Assembly (NCBI GenBank): GCA_004431415.1
Contig: QPMI01000623.1
Span: 1 to 64,000 of the forward strand
DNA length: 64,000 nt
DNA from: Cyanophora paradoxa CCMP329
Lineage: Eukaryota > Plantae > Glaucophyta
Direction of reading: 5' to 3'
This document shows positions 22,016 to 34,100 of this stretch, piece by piece. Each line of letters begins with the position of its first letter. Within the stretch, counting starts at the first letter, position 1. A model generated the notes under the pieces. It had not been told where the DNA came from. It made no database searches and was given only the letters and a program-made list of their open reading frames with translations. A program made the translations under genes and the position numbers.

Positions 22016-24607
22016 ATGTCGGCGGCGACGTGCCCGGGGTGCTACCACCCCTTCGTGGAGCCGGTGGACCTCGCGTGCTCGCACAGCCTGTGCCTGGCAT
22101 GCGCGTCGAAATCGCTGGCGTGCGCGGCGTTGGCGGAGCTGCCGCGGCTCGAGGCGGACGTAGAAGCTCTGCGGGACGCCAAGTTCCCCGTCTCCTGCGC
22201 GACCTGCGGCGCCGTCACGCGAGTGCGCTCGGCGGAGGAGCTGCCCCGGAATTCGCGCCTCGCGAAGGCGGCGGAGGGCGCGCGGGGGGGCCGCGCCTGC
22301 GAGAACGAGTGCGGGCGCGAGGCCGTCGTCGAGTGCCTCAACTGCGCCGTCGCCCTCTGCGCCCCGTGCGCCCTCCCTCCCCTGACGGCCCCGCGCCTTC
22401 TGCCGACCCCGCCGCGCACCACACAGCTGCGACGCTGAGATCCACTCCAAGCCGGCAACCTCCCGCCACAGGCGGGGACCGCGCGGGGCCCTCGCGACGG
22501 TGCGCATCCCGTCCGCTCGCTGCGCGCTGGGCGGGCGCCGAGGGCGCTGCTGGGCCAGTCGCTGCGGCGGACGTGCGGGGAGCACCCGAGCCAGGAGCTG
22601 AGCATGTACTGCCGCACGTGCAACGCGCTGGCGTGCGTGCTGTGCAGCGCGTCGGGTTTCGAGCGGCCGCTGCCGCCGCTGCTCGCGGGGCGCGACGAGG
22701 AGGCGCGCTCCTCCTACGGCTCCCTCGCCGCCTCGCCGAAGCGCCTCGCCGCCCCCCCCGGCAGCCCCGCCCGCCTCCCCTCCGCCGCCCTCCTCGCCTC
22801 GCCCTCCCCCTCCCCCTCCCCCTCCCCTTCGCCATCGCCGGGGCGGCGGCCGGCGTCGCCGGCGGGTGCAGGGGCCCGGGGGGCGTGGCGGGTGGGGGTG
22901 GACCACCGAGGCCACGCGGTGGCGCCGCTGGAGGCCTCCACGGCGGAGCTGGCGCGGGACGTCGCCGAGGGCGCCGCCCGCCTCGGTGAGTTGCACCTTG
23001 AGTGCTGCCACGCACGTACCCGCACCGCCCACACCGCCGCCCAGCTCCGCCAGGCCCGCCCCGCCCCGCCCCGCCTCCCGCGCCCCCCTGCGTGCCGGCT
23101 GAGGCGGCGCACGCAGCTGCACGCGGCGTGCGCGGCGGAGGCGGAGGAGGCGTTCCGGGAGCTCGCGCGGGCCGTCCACGAGCGCCGCGCCGCCCTGACC
23201 GACGCCATCGACCGCCTCTTCCGCGCCCGCCGTGCCCCTCCTCCGCCCTCCCCTCCCGACGCGCCCCGCGCCGCGTGAGAGGGCGGGCAGTGGGGAAGCT
23301 GGAGCTGCAGTCGCAGGCGCTCTCGACGGCGGCGTCGGCCCTCGAGCACGCCGCCCGCGCCGCCCGCTCCGCCCTGGACCCCTCGGGGGCCCTGGAGGAC
23401 CCGCTCTCGGCCCCGCCGCCCTCCTCGCCGGCCTCCTCCGCCCGCTCCTCCAGGGCGCTCGTCCCCGCGGGGCCCCTCCCCGCGCCGGCCCCCTACGCCC
23501 TCGTGCAGGCCAAGCAGGCCGCCCTCTTCCTCCTCAAGGCCCGCCCCTGCCGCCCCGTGCGCCGGGGCCGGGGGGCGGCGGGGGGCGACGGGGCGGGGCG
23601 CAGCGCCTGGCGGACCCCGGGCTGCTCGAGCCGTGCGAGGAGCCGCGAGTGCGCCGGCCAGCTCCGCCTCCGCCGCCGGCGTGATCTCAGAGGGCGGGGC
23701 GGGGCAGGTGGCGTGGGACCTGCGGGTGGGGCACCTGCTGCGCTCCGTCGCGTGCTTCGGGCGGGTCGCGCGCGGCGTGGCCCTCCACCACGCCGCCGAC
23801 TTCGACGAGAACGGGCCCGCCCGCGCCCCTGCCCCCTGCGCCCCCCCGCCCCGCTCGGGCGCCGACCGCCGCGCTCGCGGCCGCGCAGGGCGATCTACTA
23901 CATGGGCACGGAGGGCCGCACGCGCTCCTACGCCAACCCCGCCAAGACCGGCGCCGTCCGGGTCCGCCCCGCCCCGCCCGCCCCTTCGCGCCTCCGGTGG
24001 GGCGGCGGCGAGCGGGGCGCGTGCGGGGCAGGTGACGCGGTCGAGCACGGAGCACAAGTCGCGGACGGACTGGGCCCTGGGGCGGCCGTCGGAGACGGGG
24101 TGCTGGGTGCGGGACTCGGGGGGCCTGCCCTGGCTGACGGTCGACCTGCGGACGCACACGCTGCTGCCCTCCGCCTACACCCTCGCCCACGGCATCAACG
24201 AGAAGAACAACAGCGAGCTCCGCAACTGGCGCCTCGAGGGTCCGCACCTCCCTCTCCCCCGGCCCCGGCGCCCGCGGGGCTGAGGGCGAGGGGGCGCAGG
24301 GTCGCGGGACGGGGAGGCGTGGGCGCTGCTGCGGGAGCACGTGGAGGACGCGTCGATCCCGCGCTCGCTGCTGCGCACCGCCACCTGGAGCCTCGACGCC
24401 CCCGCCCACGCCTACCGCATGTTCCGCCTCCGCGCCACCGGCGACAACTGGAGCGGCAACCGGTGCGCGCCCCGGCCGACGGGGCGCTGGGCCGGGAGTG
24501 TTCTTGGGCGAGCGGGGCGGGGCGGGGGCAGGGAGTGGCTCAACGTGGCCGGCTTCGAGCTCTACGGGATCCTCTTCGAGGGCGACGACGCCATCGCCCT
24601 CGACTAG
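22016..24607 (+). CDS. TRIM/RBCC E3 ligase with C-terminal HECTD1-type galactose-binding-like (Sad1/UNC-like) domain
   Basis: RING CPGC..CSHSLCLAC..CATC; B-box1 CENEC..CLNC...LCAPCD..H; B-box2 CGEH..YCRTC...CVLC..HRGH; coiled coil; DFDENGAIYYMGT, PSAYTLAH, LRNWRLEGSRDG..W, GFELYG. Confidence 0.85.
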
Positions 24608-24795
24608 CCCGCCCCGCCCCCGCCCCACCCAGGCACCCGCCCCTCCTCTCATCCAGCCCCATCGTTCCTCCATGCGTTAATAGCAATATTGTTAACGATA
24701 AGTATAGCTGTAGGTAACAGGAGCAGCGAGCGATGGAAGCTGGGGCGCGGGCGCTGGGGCCGGTGGGGCGCTGCCGCGGGGCGGCAGCCGCTGAG

Positions 24796-25600
24796 CTAGT
24801 CGCCGCCTTCGGTAAACTTGGGGGACTTCTGCGGGGGGGGCGGGGAGGGGAGGGCGCGCGTGAGGTGCGATGGGGCGGGCTGCGTGAGGGGCGGGCGGGG
24901 CGGACGGGGATCTGGGTGGCGGGCATGCCCTTGGCCTTCCAGAGGGCCATCGCGTTCGGGTTGATGTTCGTCGGCGACGAGCCCGAGGAGAAGAAGACCT
25001 TCTCCACGTCCAGCGCTAGCGGCGCCTTCTTCTTCGGCGTCTTCGCCGGAGAAGACCCGCCGCCCTCTCCCGCTCCCGGCCCCGCCCCCGGAGCCGCAGC
25101 CGCAGCCGCAGCCGCAGGCGCCGGAGGAGAAGGCTCGGCGGGCGGGGGAGAGGGCGGCGGCGGCGGCGAGGGCGACGCCGGGGCCGCGACCGCGGCCGCG
25201 GGGCGGAGGGCGCCTACTGTGAGGGTGCCGGAGGCGCCGGCGAGCGCGGCAAAGGCCGCCTGTCGAGCCTCGGGCGTCGCGAGGTGCGGTAGAGAAGCCG
25301 CCGCCGCCTCGAACTCCTCTGCACTCACGCCGCCGGCCTCAAACTCGTCCAGTACACTCGCGCCACTCGCGCCCTCCTTGCCGCGCGTCGCGTGCACGGA
25401 GAGAAAGAGACCTGCGAGAGTCTGCACGAGCTGCTCGACTGTCGATCCCTCGCCTTCCTGCGCGATGCGGTCACGGGCAGGGCAGCGTACGCGGGGTTCG
25501 AGGCGCGCACGAGCAGGGGGGCGATCTCATTCAGGCGGGTCTTATCGGGGAACCGCGAGCTCAGCTCTTCCGCCACGGAGGCCTGAAGCTCTGAGCCCAT
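24796..25600 (-). CDS. Hypothetical protein (degenerate EF-hand-like helices, Pro/Ala linker)
   Basis: MGSELQASVAEEL..IAPLL / EGEGSTVEQLVQTL..GVSAEEF..AFAALAG.SGTLTV..MPATQIP / KSPKFTEGGD*. Confidence 0.5.
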
Positions 25601-25739
25601 TCGGGGAGCTCAAAGCCTTGAGCTGGCTACAGCTGGCATACCCCTCGCCAGCCAGCTGACTTCACCGCCAGCTTCTTCAAAGTCTCGAGTATCGCGTTTC
25701 GAGCGTGCTCCAGCGAGGGGAGCTCCGCGGGAGTTCGCT

Positions 25740-27901
25740 ATGGGCTCCGAAGGCGCTCCGGCGCCTTCGGCCGCGGGGGAGGCAAAAGCAACCAGCCTTC
25801 GGGACGAGCTGCTGGACGAGCTTTTGAAAGAGGATCCAGAGGATTTCGAAGTGAGTTCGCCCGGGCCGCCTGCGGTTCAAAGCCGCGGGCCAAACGTCAG
25901 GACGCGAGGCCTTCTCGCTCGAACGCCCGCGGCTTCGAGCATCTAGGGGTTCTTGTCTTTGCGTAAAGCTCACCATGCTTCAGCTGCTCGGGCTTATTGA
26001 CAGGGCCGCGAACTCCGTACATCCAGTGATCCTCGAGCTCATCGGTTTCCCGGTTCTCCGAGACAAGCAGCCGGCGGAGCTGAAAGCGCATTTATGGCGA
26101 GCCTCGCGAATTTTGGCGGCGACCCGGGAGGACCGACGGATCCTATCCCTGCTCGATGCGGAGACGGTTGGCGTGCTCCTGAGCAAGGATGGCGTCTATC
26201 TCGCCGTGCGTCGCTCAACAACCGCTCGAGAAGCGCCCAAAGCGTCCTGTCTCGGCTGACCGCTTTCGCCCGCAGACTTTCCCGTGCATGATTCAGGTCC
26301 GCCGCCGGCCCGTGCCCGAGCGCTCGATGTGGGCCCCCCGTGCCGAGCGGCGTGCGCGTGCGCAGTGCATAGCCTTCGGTAGCTTGTCGCCGACGCTGCT
26401 TAAGGACGGTGCGGCGGGGGCGCGAGCGCAGTTGGGGCGCCGCTCACAGGCCCTCCCGCAGCCTTCAACGTCTGCTCGAAGGCCGGCATCTGGGGATCCA
26501 TCAGCTCCCGCTTCCAGCAGGCGCGCCCTCGCGGCCTCCGGCGCGGCCCCGGGCGCGGCGCGCGGGCTCACGGGCGGCGCGGCGGGGCGCAGTTCGGGAA
26601 GGGGGAGGGGCGGAAGCGGAAGCCCGCAGAGGAGGGCCTCCAGGTCGCCGTCGACGGCCTCGCCCCGCCCCCGCCCCCGCCCCACCCCCGCCGCCGGCGA
26701 GGGCGGCCCCTCCTCGGCACCCTCGCGCACCTCGCCCGGGGCCCCCTGGGGTCGCCCCCGCCGCCTCGCCCCTCGCCTCGCCGACGGGCCGCCCGACGGC
26801 GACCGTCAAGCTCCGCTTCCCCGCCACCCCGAGCTCCCCGCACCTCCCCGCGCCCGCCGCGGCCCCCGCCCCCGCCCCGCCCCGCCCCGCCCCGCCCCGC
26901 CCCCGGGCCCCGAGCGCCAAGCGCCCGAGGGCCGGCCCCAAGGGCGGCCCCTTCATCCCCTGGAGCTTCCCCTACAGCTACGAGCAGTTCAAGGTGCGGC
27001 GGGGGCGGCTGGCGGCGGGCGGGGCGCGTGCGGGGGGCTGAGGGGCGGGGCGCGGGCAGTTCTCGCCGATGGCGCGGCGCGCCCTCGGGATCATGGACGC
27101 CGGCGGCAAGTTCCCCCACGAGGTGCCCCGCCCCGCCACCCCGCACCCGCCCCCAACGCGCCCCTCACCGCACCCGCGGCGCGGCGGGGGCGCGGGGCGG
27201 CAGCGGGTGGTGCCGCTGCTGGAGCTGCTGCAGCTGACGAAGGCGCCGGAGACGGCGGCGGCGCTGCCCTCGCTGGGGAGCTACGTCGCCCTCGAGGAGA
27301 CGATGCACCAGCAGTGGACCGCCCTGCGCCGCGTCTGCGCCCAGTCCATCGCCCCGGCCGCCGACCTGCTGCGCGAGGCGATGCGGCTGCTGGCGCTGGA
27401 CTGGGGGGACGCGGGGCGGCGGCCGCTGGTGGCCGACGCCTTCCTCTATCTCCATACCGAGTTCCAGCGCGCCGCCAGCGACGTCGCCATCGCCGAGGCC
27501 GCCGCGTCCGCCCGCCCCCTCCCGCCCCGCCCCGCCCCGCCTCCCTCAGCCTGCCCGCCCCTCGCAGGCACCTCAAGCGGGCGTCCAAGGCAGCCACGCC
27601 GCGCGGCGGAGGCGCCTCCGCCGCCCTCCCCGCCTACACCCGCACCGAGCTCCCCCCGGCCCCGCCCCTTCCCCCGCGCCTCCCCCCGGCCCCGCCCCTC
27701 GCGAGCCCCCCCACCTCGTCGTCTCGCGCCGCACCCCCCGAGCCGCAGCCCCACGGCGCCCCCGCAGGGCCCGCCTCCAGACCCGGGCCTGCGCCCGGGG
27801 GCGGGGCGCGGCAGGCGGCGCCAGCGAACGGGACGGCAGACTCGAGCAGCGAGGAGACGAGCAGCGACGAGAGCGAGGAGAGCAGCGACAGCGAGGCCTA
27901 G
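25740..27901 (+). CDS. Hypothetical helical protein
   Basis: Multi-exon with coding-like peptides (LQLLGLIDRAANSVHPVILELIGF, FIPWSFPYSYEQFK, RVVPLLELLQL..FLYLHTEFQR) and acidic tail; no family recognised. Confidence 0.55.
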
Positions 27902-28039
27902 GCCCTAGTTCCGCGCCGCCGCCTCCGTAGCGTTAGTTCCCGGGTCCCGTCCGGAATACAATCGCGACTCGATGTACATGTTCCGCCCGTGGCCATGGGT
28001 GACTGCGCAAGGGGGGGCCGGCGGTCTAGGCCCCGAGGC

Positions 28040-28640
28040 TCCTTGTTGAACTTGAATTCCGAAGTTCATCCAGACTTCAAAGTCCCGAAATTCGATACCG
28101 TTGAACTTCGCCGAGTCGGAAGCCGCTGAGCTTTTCAAGTTTGAAGCCTGAACTCGGAACTCGCCGAGTCGGAAGCTGGCGCTGGCCGCGCAGGCGGCCG
28201 AGTCGGCCTTGAGCCGCTGATCATCGGATCATGAGCTTTGAACTCGGAAGTTCCGGACTCTTCGAAACTTGAAAGCTCGACTCGGCGACCGTGACTCAGT
28301 GAATTCGAAATGCTTCAAGGCTAGCTCAGCGGCTTCCGGAGTCCGAGGCTCCGAGGCTCCGAGGCTCTCAGAGTCTTCAAGGCCGGGCTGAGACCGGCGG
28401 TGAGGGGGCCGGGCGGCGGAACGTTGCCAGTTGCAAGTTGCCGATTTGTTCCAAGCCTCAAGCTTAAGCCTTGAAGCTTGAAGCCTGGAACTTCGGAACT
28501 TTAAGGCTTCGGAAGTTTGAAGGGCTCAGCGGCTTGCCATTGAGACACTAAGACGTGCCCGGCGGCTAACTTCCACACGGAGCAACTTGGCAAGCCTTTC
28601 CGCGCTCCGAGGCTCATTGAGTTTGAACTTCATTTAGTCA
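28040..28640. repeat. Degenerate strand-symmetric repeat tract (GAAG/CTTC, TTCAAG, CCGAG words) with internal inverted repeats
   Basis: CGGAAGCCGCTGAGC near 28117 versus GCTCAGCGGCTTCCG near 28325; TCGCCGAGTCGGAAGC x2; CCGAGGCT x3. Confidence 0.6.
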
Positions 28641-28704
28641 AAGAATTGCGCTATGCAATCTAAGCCGCAGTAACTGGGAACCTCCTGTTTGCGTTCTAAG
28701 AGAT

Positions 28705-30959
28705 TCAGGAATGCGTGAATCGATCGTATAAGCGGGCGTGGCGCAAGGGGGCAGAATTGCGGGGTGGGATGACGAGGGGGCGTGGGGGCGGGTGGGTGGA
28801 GGGGCGGGGCGCGGGGGGCTCGGGGCGGGGCGCGGGGCCGGGGTCAGCCCTTGAGGTGGCCCCGTGCTCGCCGCCCTCGTCGCCCTCGCCGGTGTCGCCC
28901 CCGCTCGCCTGCGCGCCGCAGCGATCACCGGCGCGGGCGGCGCGGAGGGGCGGGGGGGACGGGGCGCGGGCCGCACCGCCGAGGCCTGCTCGCGCCAGTA
29001 GTCCTGGAGGGCCTTCCGCCGCACCCGCTTGCCCCGCACCGCCATGCTGCAGTTGCGGAAGAGGCAGCCCCGCACCTGCCCGTCCCGCCCCGCTCGCCCC
29101 GGCCGGCACGGCGGGGAGAGCGGGGCGGGGCGGGCGGGGCGCCTCGGGGTTGATGCCGGTGACGCCGTCGGGCTCGGAGGCGGCGGTCCAGTCGAAGAAG
29201 ACGCGCTCGAACTCGCTCCCCTCGCTCGCGAAGTGGTTGTACCGCCCCGCCGCGAACCGCACCCCCTTGCGCGGCGCCGCCCCCGGCCCGATCGAGTACA
29301 TCATGCACCTGCCCCCGCCCCGCAGCATCGGCGCCGGCCCCGCGGCGGGGGCGCGGGGGTGCAGCGGCGGGGCGCACCGGTCCATCTGGACCGTGGAGCC
29401 GTCGCACGCGCCGTCGAGGTCGGCGCCTGCCGGCGGGGGGCGGGTGGGCGGGGCGGGGCGGGGCGGGGCGGGGGCGGGGGCGGGCGGACCCTTGCCGACG
29501 ACGAGGGCGGGGGCCTCCTCGCTCTCGACGAAGCAGCGCTGCAGGGCGAGCGTCGCGTCGTCCTCGACGAGGTGCACGGGGGCCCGCAGCCACACGTCCT
29601 GGATCGTCACCGGCATCTTCCCGACGCACAGGAGCGGGCCGCCCCGCAGCTGCGCCCGCCCCTTGCCCGCCAGCACCACGCTCTTGACGGGCAGCTGGCG
29701 CCGCCGCCCCAGCGCCTTCGCGGAGAGCTCGACGGGGCCCTGCGCCTCGTGCGTCCCCTCCGCCAGCGTCAGCGTCAGCTCCCCCGTCTTCTTGTCGAAC
29801 GAGCGTGTCACGCCCTCCACGTCCGTCGCCACTGCGCCCGCGCCCCGACCCCGTCGACGTCGGCCGGCGCCCCGCCCCGCCCCGCCCCTCCTCACCTTGG
29901 AACACGTACGAGCGCACTGGGCGCGCCGGGGGCACGCCCCGCCTGCGCGCGGGGTTAGCTAGTGAGGGGCGGGGCGGGGGGCGCGGGGCGGACCAGGCGA
30001 GGGCGCCGACTTCGGGGAGCTTGGTCTTGGGCGGGGCGGTGCGCTCTGACGCCGGCTCGCTCGCCTTCGCGCCCCCCGCCTCGCGCTCCCGCTGCCGCCG
30101 CTCCTCCCGCGCCCGCTTCGCCGCCTCGGGCTCCCCGTGCGGGTGCGGGCGCTGCGCCCCGATCAGACGCCGCGACGCCGCGAGGGCCACCGCCGCGCAC
30201 CTTCCTCGACGCTTCATCTTGCTGCGCTTCCGGCGGGGCGCTCGTCTCCGGCAAACCGGGTGCCACGGTGCCGTCAACCGCCACGCTGAAAGGGACCGGC
30301 ATGGGGAAAGGGAAAAACGGATACATCATCGGAAACATAGGGAACATCATCGGGTGCATCGGGGTCATGCCGGGGTGCATGCCCATGGCCATGCCGGGCA
30401 TCGGCGGCATCGGCATCGGCATCGCTGTCGGCATCGCTGTCGGCATCGCTGTGGGTAACGCTGTCGCGGGGGCCGGAGCCCGCATCACGGAGCCAGACGC
30501 CATTACAGCGTCGGTCAGCTCCGGCGGGAGGTTCGCCGTCACGGGAAACCCGACGGGAAGTGTTCCGGGAAGCAAAGCCGGCGGTTGCGACGGGCCCGCG
30601 AGCATTTCGGGAACAGCCGGAACCGCTGCTGCAGATGGATCGACCCAGCCACCTGGGCTCGCGCTGGGCTTTATGCTGCGCTGGGCTCGCCACTGCTGCT
30701 GCTTCATGTTTCGGCCGACCGGCCGGCCACTGGTGCCGCGCTTCAGAAGGCTGAAATAACCGTCGGAAGACTGGGAAAGAGCAGGGGTTCGTTGAGACTT
30801 CGAGCGAGCAGGGGTATCGTGATTCCAGCCGGGGAAAAAAACCATATGCGAGCCTCGGAGCGCGTGCGGCCGGGCCCCCGGGGCCCCGGCGCCGGCCGCT
30901 CCATCGTATATATACGTATACGTAGTTCGTAGGATTCCAGGGGGATCGCGCGCCCCCAT
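28705..30959 (-). CDS. Hypothetical protein: Met/Pro-rich N-terminus and pectin-lyase-like beta-helix C-terminus
   Basis: (PTAM)3PMPMPPMPGM.. tract; LTLAEGTHE, VVLAGKG, VTIQDVWL, LALQRCFV, VQMDRCMM, VRGCLFRNC. Start and stop uncertain. Confidence 0.45.
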
Positions 30960-31126
30960 TCAGAGGGCCATGCCTGCGTTGTCCGCAGCTTCTCGCCCCG
31001 CCGCGAGCTTAAGCTTCTACGTCTTGCGTAGTCTGCAGCTAGCATGCCCGCGTTATCGATGCGCACAAATGTGAGCGGCTTAATGTGCCCCGAAACAAGG
31101 CGAGGGGAGGGGGGGCGTGGGGTTAG

Positions 31127-34100
31127 TTAGGAGAGGCGGCGGGAGGCGCCGCGGGCGGCGGCGTCGTGGAGCTGTGCGCCCGAGGCCGGCACCTGCGCAC
31201 CGCCGCCGTCAGCGCCAGCGCCGGCCGCACTCGACGCCCTTCGCCCCGCGCACCGCAAGCAGCTCCAACGCCCCGCCCGAGAGGCGAGAGAGGGCGCCCG
31301 CGGAGGGGAGAGGGGAGGGGGCGGGGCCGAGGGGGCCGGCGCCGGGGGCCGGGGTGGGGGCGGGGGAGGCGGAGGGGAGGGGCCCCGGGCGGGCTGAGGT
31401 GGATGCGCCGGCGCCGAGCTTGCGCTCGATGAAGTTGCGGTAGATCTGGATCTCGTTCTCGTGCTGCGCCAGGCGCCGCCGCAGCTCGCCCTCCGCCGCC
31501 TGCGCCCGCGCCGCGCCCCCGCGCCCCGACTCGACGTCCTCCTTCAGCCGCTGCAGCCGCCTCAGCGCCGGCCCTCGGGCGCGGGCGGGGCGGGCGGACG
31601 TGGCACTGGCGCTGGAGCTCGGCGCGCTCGGCCTGCAGCTCGGAGCAGAACTGCTGCAGCCGCTGGCACCGCTCCTCCGCCCGCCGCGCCCGCTCCCCCG
31701 CCTCGCGCAGCCTGGCCCCGCCCGCCTCAGCCCCCGCCGCGGGGCGAGCGTGCGGGGCGGGGCGGGGCGGGATGCACCGGAGCTCGGCATCCTGCGCGAG
31801 CACGGGGAGGCTCTGGCGGGTGGCCGCCGCCTCGCGCAGCTCGCGCTCCATCGCCGCCTCCCGCGCCGCCGCGCGCCGCTGCGTCGCCGCCTCGCGCTCC
31901 CGGGCGCCCTCGAGCTCGAGGCGGGTGCGGGCGAGCTCCTCGCGCGCCGCGGCGAGCTCCTCGCGCAGGCCCCGCGCCTCGAGCTCCGTGCGAATGCGCG
32001 CGTTGTCCGTCACCGACTCCCGCGCGTCGAGGTCCGAGCGGGCGGCGGCGAGCTGCTCGGCCGCCGCCTCCGCCTGCTCCCGCAGCACGCCCACGCACCG
32101 CCGCAGCTCCAGCAGCTCGTCCGCCTGCGGCCGCGCCCCCGTCGGCGCGCGCCCTGCGGAGAGGGGCCGGGGCGGCGGGGCGGACCGGGGAGGCGGTGGA
32201 GGCGAGGGAGGCGGAGGGGGGTCGGGGGCGCGGGGGCGAGGTAGACGACCTTGCAGAGGAGCTCGCCCCGCACCGCCTGCCGCACCGCACCCTCAGCCCC
32301 GCCGGCCCCGGGGCCGCGGCGGGGGCGGGGGTCGGCGCACGGCGCTGGGGCGGGAGGAGGAGACGGGGAACCAGCGCTCGAGGGAGCCCCCGGCGGTGGC
32401 GACCTCGCGCAGCGGGATCGTCACCTCTGCGGGGGGGCGGCCCGCGGCGGCGTGGGCCAGCCGTGGCGGCGGCCGAGGGGGGACGGGCGGGGGCGGCGCA
32501 CCGCCGAGGTAGTCGTCGGAGCCGATCTTGTCCTTGTCGAAGAGGGTGACGTGCACGCGGTCGCCGGCGGCGGCCTCAAGGCCGACGCTCGCGCCCCGGG
32601 CGAGCTGCAGGTCGGCGAGGAGGCCGGCGGCGGGGCGGAGGTCGGCGGCCGCCTCGAACCACGCCGACCAATTCCACACGGGGTGCGACGTCTCCCAGTG
32701 GACGGGGGTGGCGTGCTCGGCGTGCCCGCAGCGGACGGTGGCGTAGGCGTCGGCGAGGCCCGAGGCGTCGCGCGCCGCCAGGCCCCGCGCCTCCCGCACC
32801 TCCACGTACGCCCGCCCCGGCGGGCCCCGGGCGCAGCGCGCGCCCCCACGAGGGGCCCCGGGGCGGGGCCGCCGGGGGCCCCCGGGCGGCGGCGGCGCTC
32901 CTTGTCGAGGAAGAGGGCGAGGCGGGCGATCTTCTCGTCGAGGGCGGCGAGGCGCTCGTGGACGACGGGGCTCGTGCGGCCCCCGGGGAACTCCTTCAGC
33001 GTCTCGAAGAGGGCGCTCAGCTCCCGCGCGATCTCGTGCAGCGCGCTCTCCCCCTCCCGCCGCCCCAGCGCCTGCCCCCCGTCCCTCAGCCCCCAGCCGC
33101 GCGCGAGGGGCGGGGCGGGCGGGGGGCGGGGCGCACGGGCTGGAGCTGCTTGAGGGGGGCGTCGGGCCCGGCCCCCGGCGGCTCGTAGAGGAAGCGGATG
33201 TTGAGCTGGCCGGCGAGGCGGCCCTCCGCCCCGGGGCGCCCGTTGGCGAGGAGGCGGAACCAGGCCTCCGAGGGCCCGCCCTGCATGACGCTCGAGGGCT
33301 GCACGAGGACCTCGCCGATGTACTCGTCGCCGGTGAGGCCCTCGCCCTCGAAGACGAAGAAGCCGACGGGGGCCGTCACGTCCCGCACCTCCACCGCCCG
33401 CTCCGCCGCCCCCTTCCCCAGCCCCACCCGCTGCTCCTCCCCCATGTACCGGATCACGCACACGGGCTCCCGCGCCCCCGCCCCCTCCCGCCGCGCCAGG
33501 TTCCGCGCCTCCCCGATCGTGATCCGCAGCCGGCCCCCGGCCGCCCCCTCCCTCGCAGCCCGCCCCGTCCCCGCCAGGTCGCCCGCCGACTCGCCGGGCG
33601 CCGGACGCGAGGCGGCGCGGGGCGCTGAGGCGGCGGGGCCGGGGCGGGGCGGCCGGGTCGCGCTCGGCGGGGGCGGCGGCGCCGGGGTTGATGCAGTAGA
33701 CCTTGAGGTGGAGCTGCCCGCTGACCTTGCTCCCGGGCTTGGTCGAGACGAGCTGGAACCAGCCGTCCAGCGGGGGCGCCCCCGCCCGCAGCCGCGAGAG
33801 CGGCAGCGAGACCTCCCCCAGATAGTCGTCCCGCAGCAGCCTGCCCGGCGAGGGCGCCCTCTCAGCGAGGACGGGGGCGGGGGCGGGGGGGCGGGGGGCA
33901 CCGGTTGCGGTTCATGACGACGACGGTGATGGTCTCGTCGGCGTCGCGGACGTCGAGGGCGCAGGCGAAGCCCCAGACGGGCTCCGTGGAGGCGGCGACG
34001 ACGTGGCTCGCCTGCACCTTCGTCGACCCCAGGTAGACGACCGCGTACGGGTCCGACTTGCCGTTCAGGTCCCGCCCCGCCACCTCGCACGCCTCCACCA

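Noticed and set aside
28040-28640. Heat-shock element array
   Set aside because: Spacing is mostly GAAnTTC rather than GAAnnTTC, and the tract lies between 3' ends.
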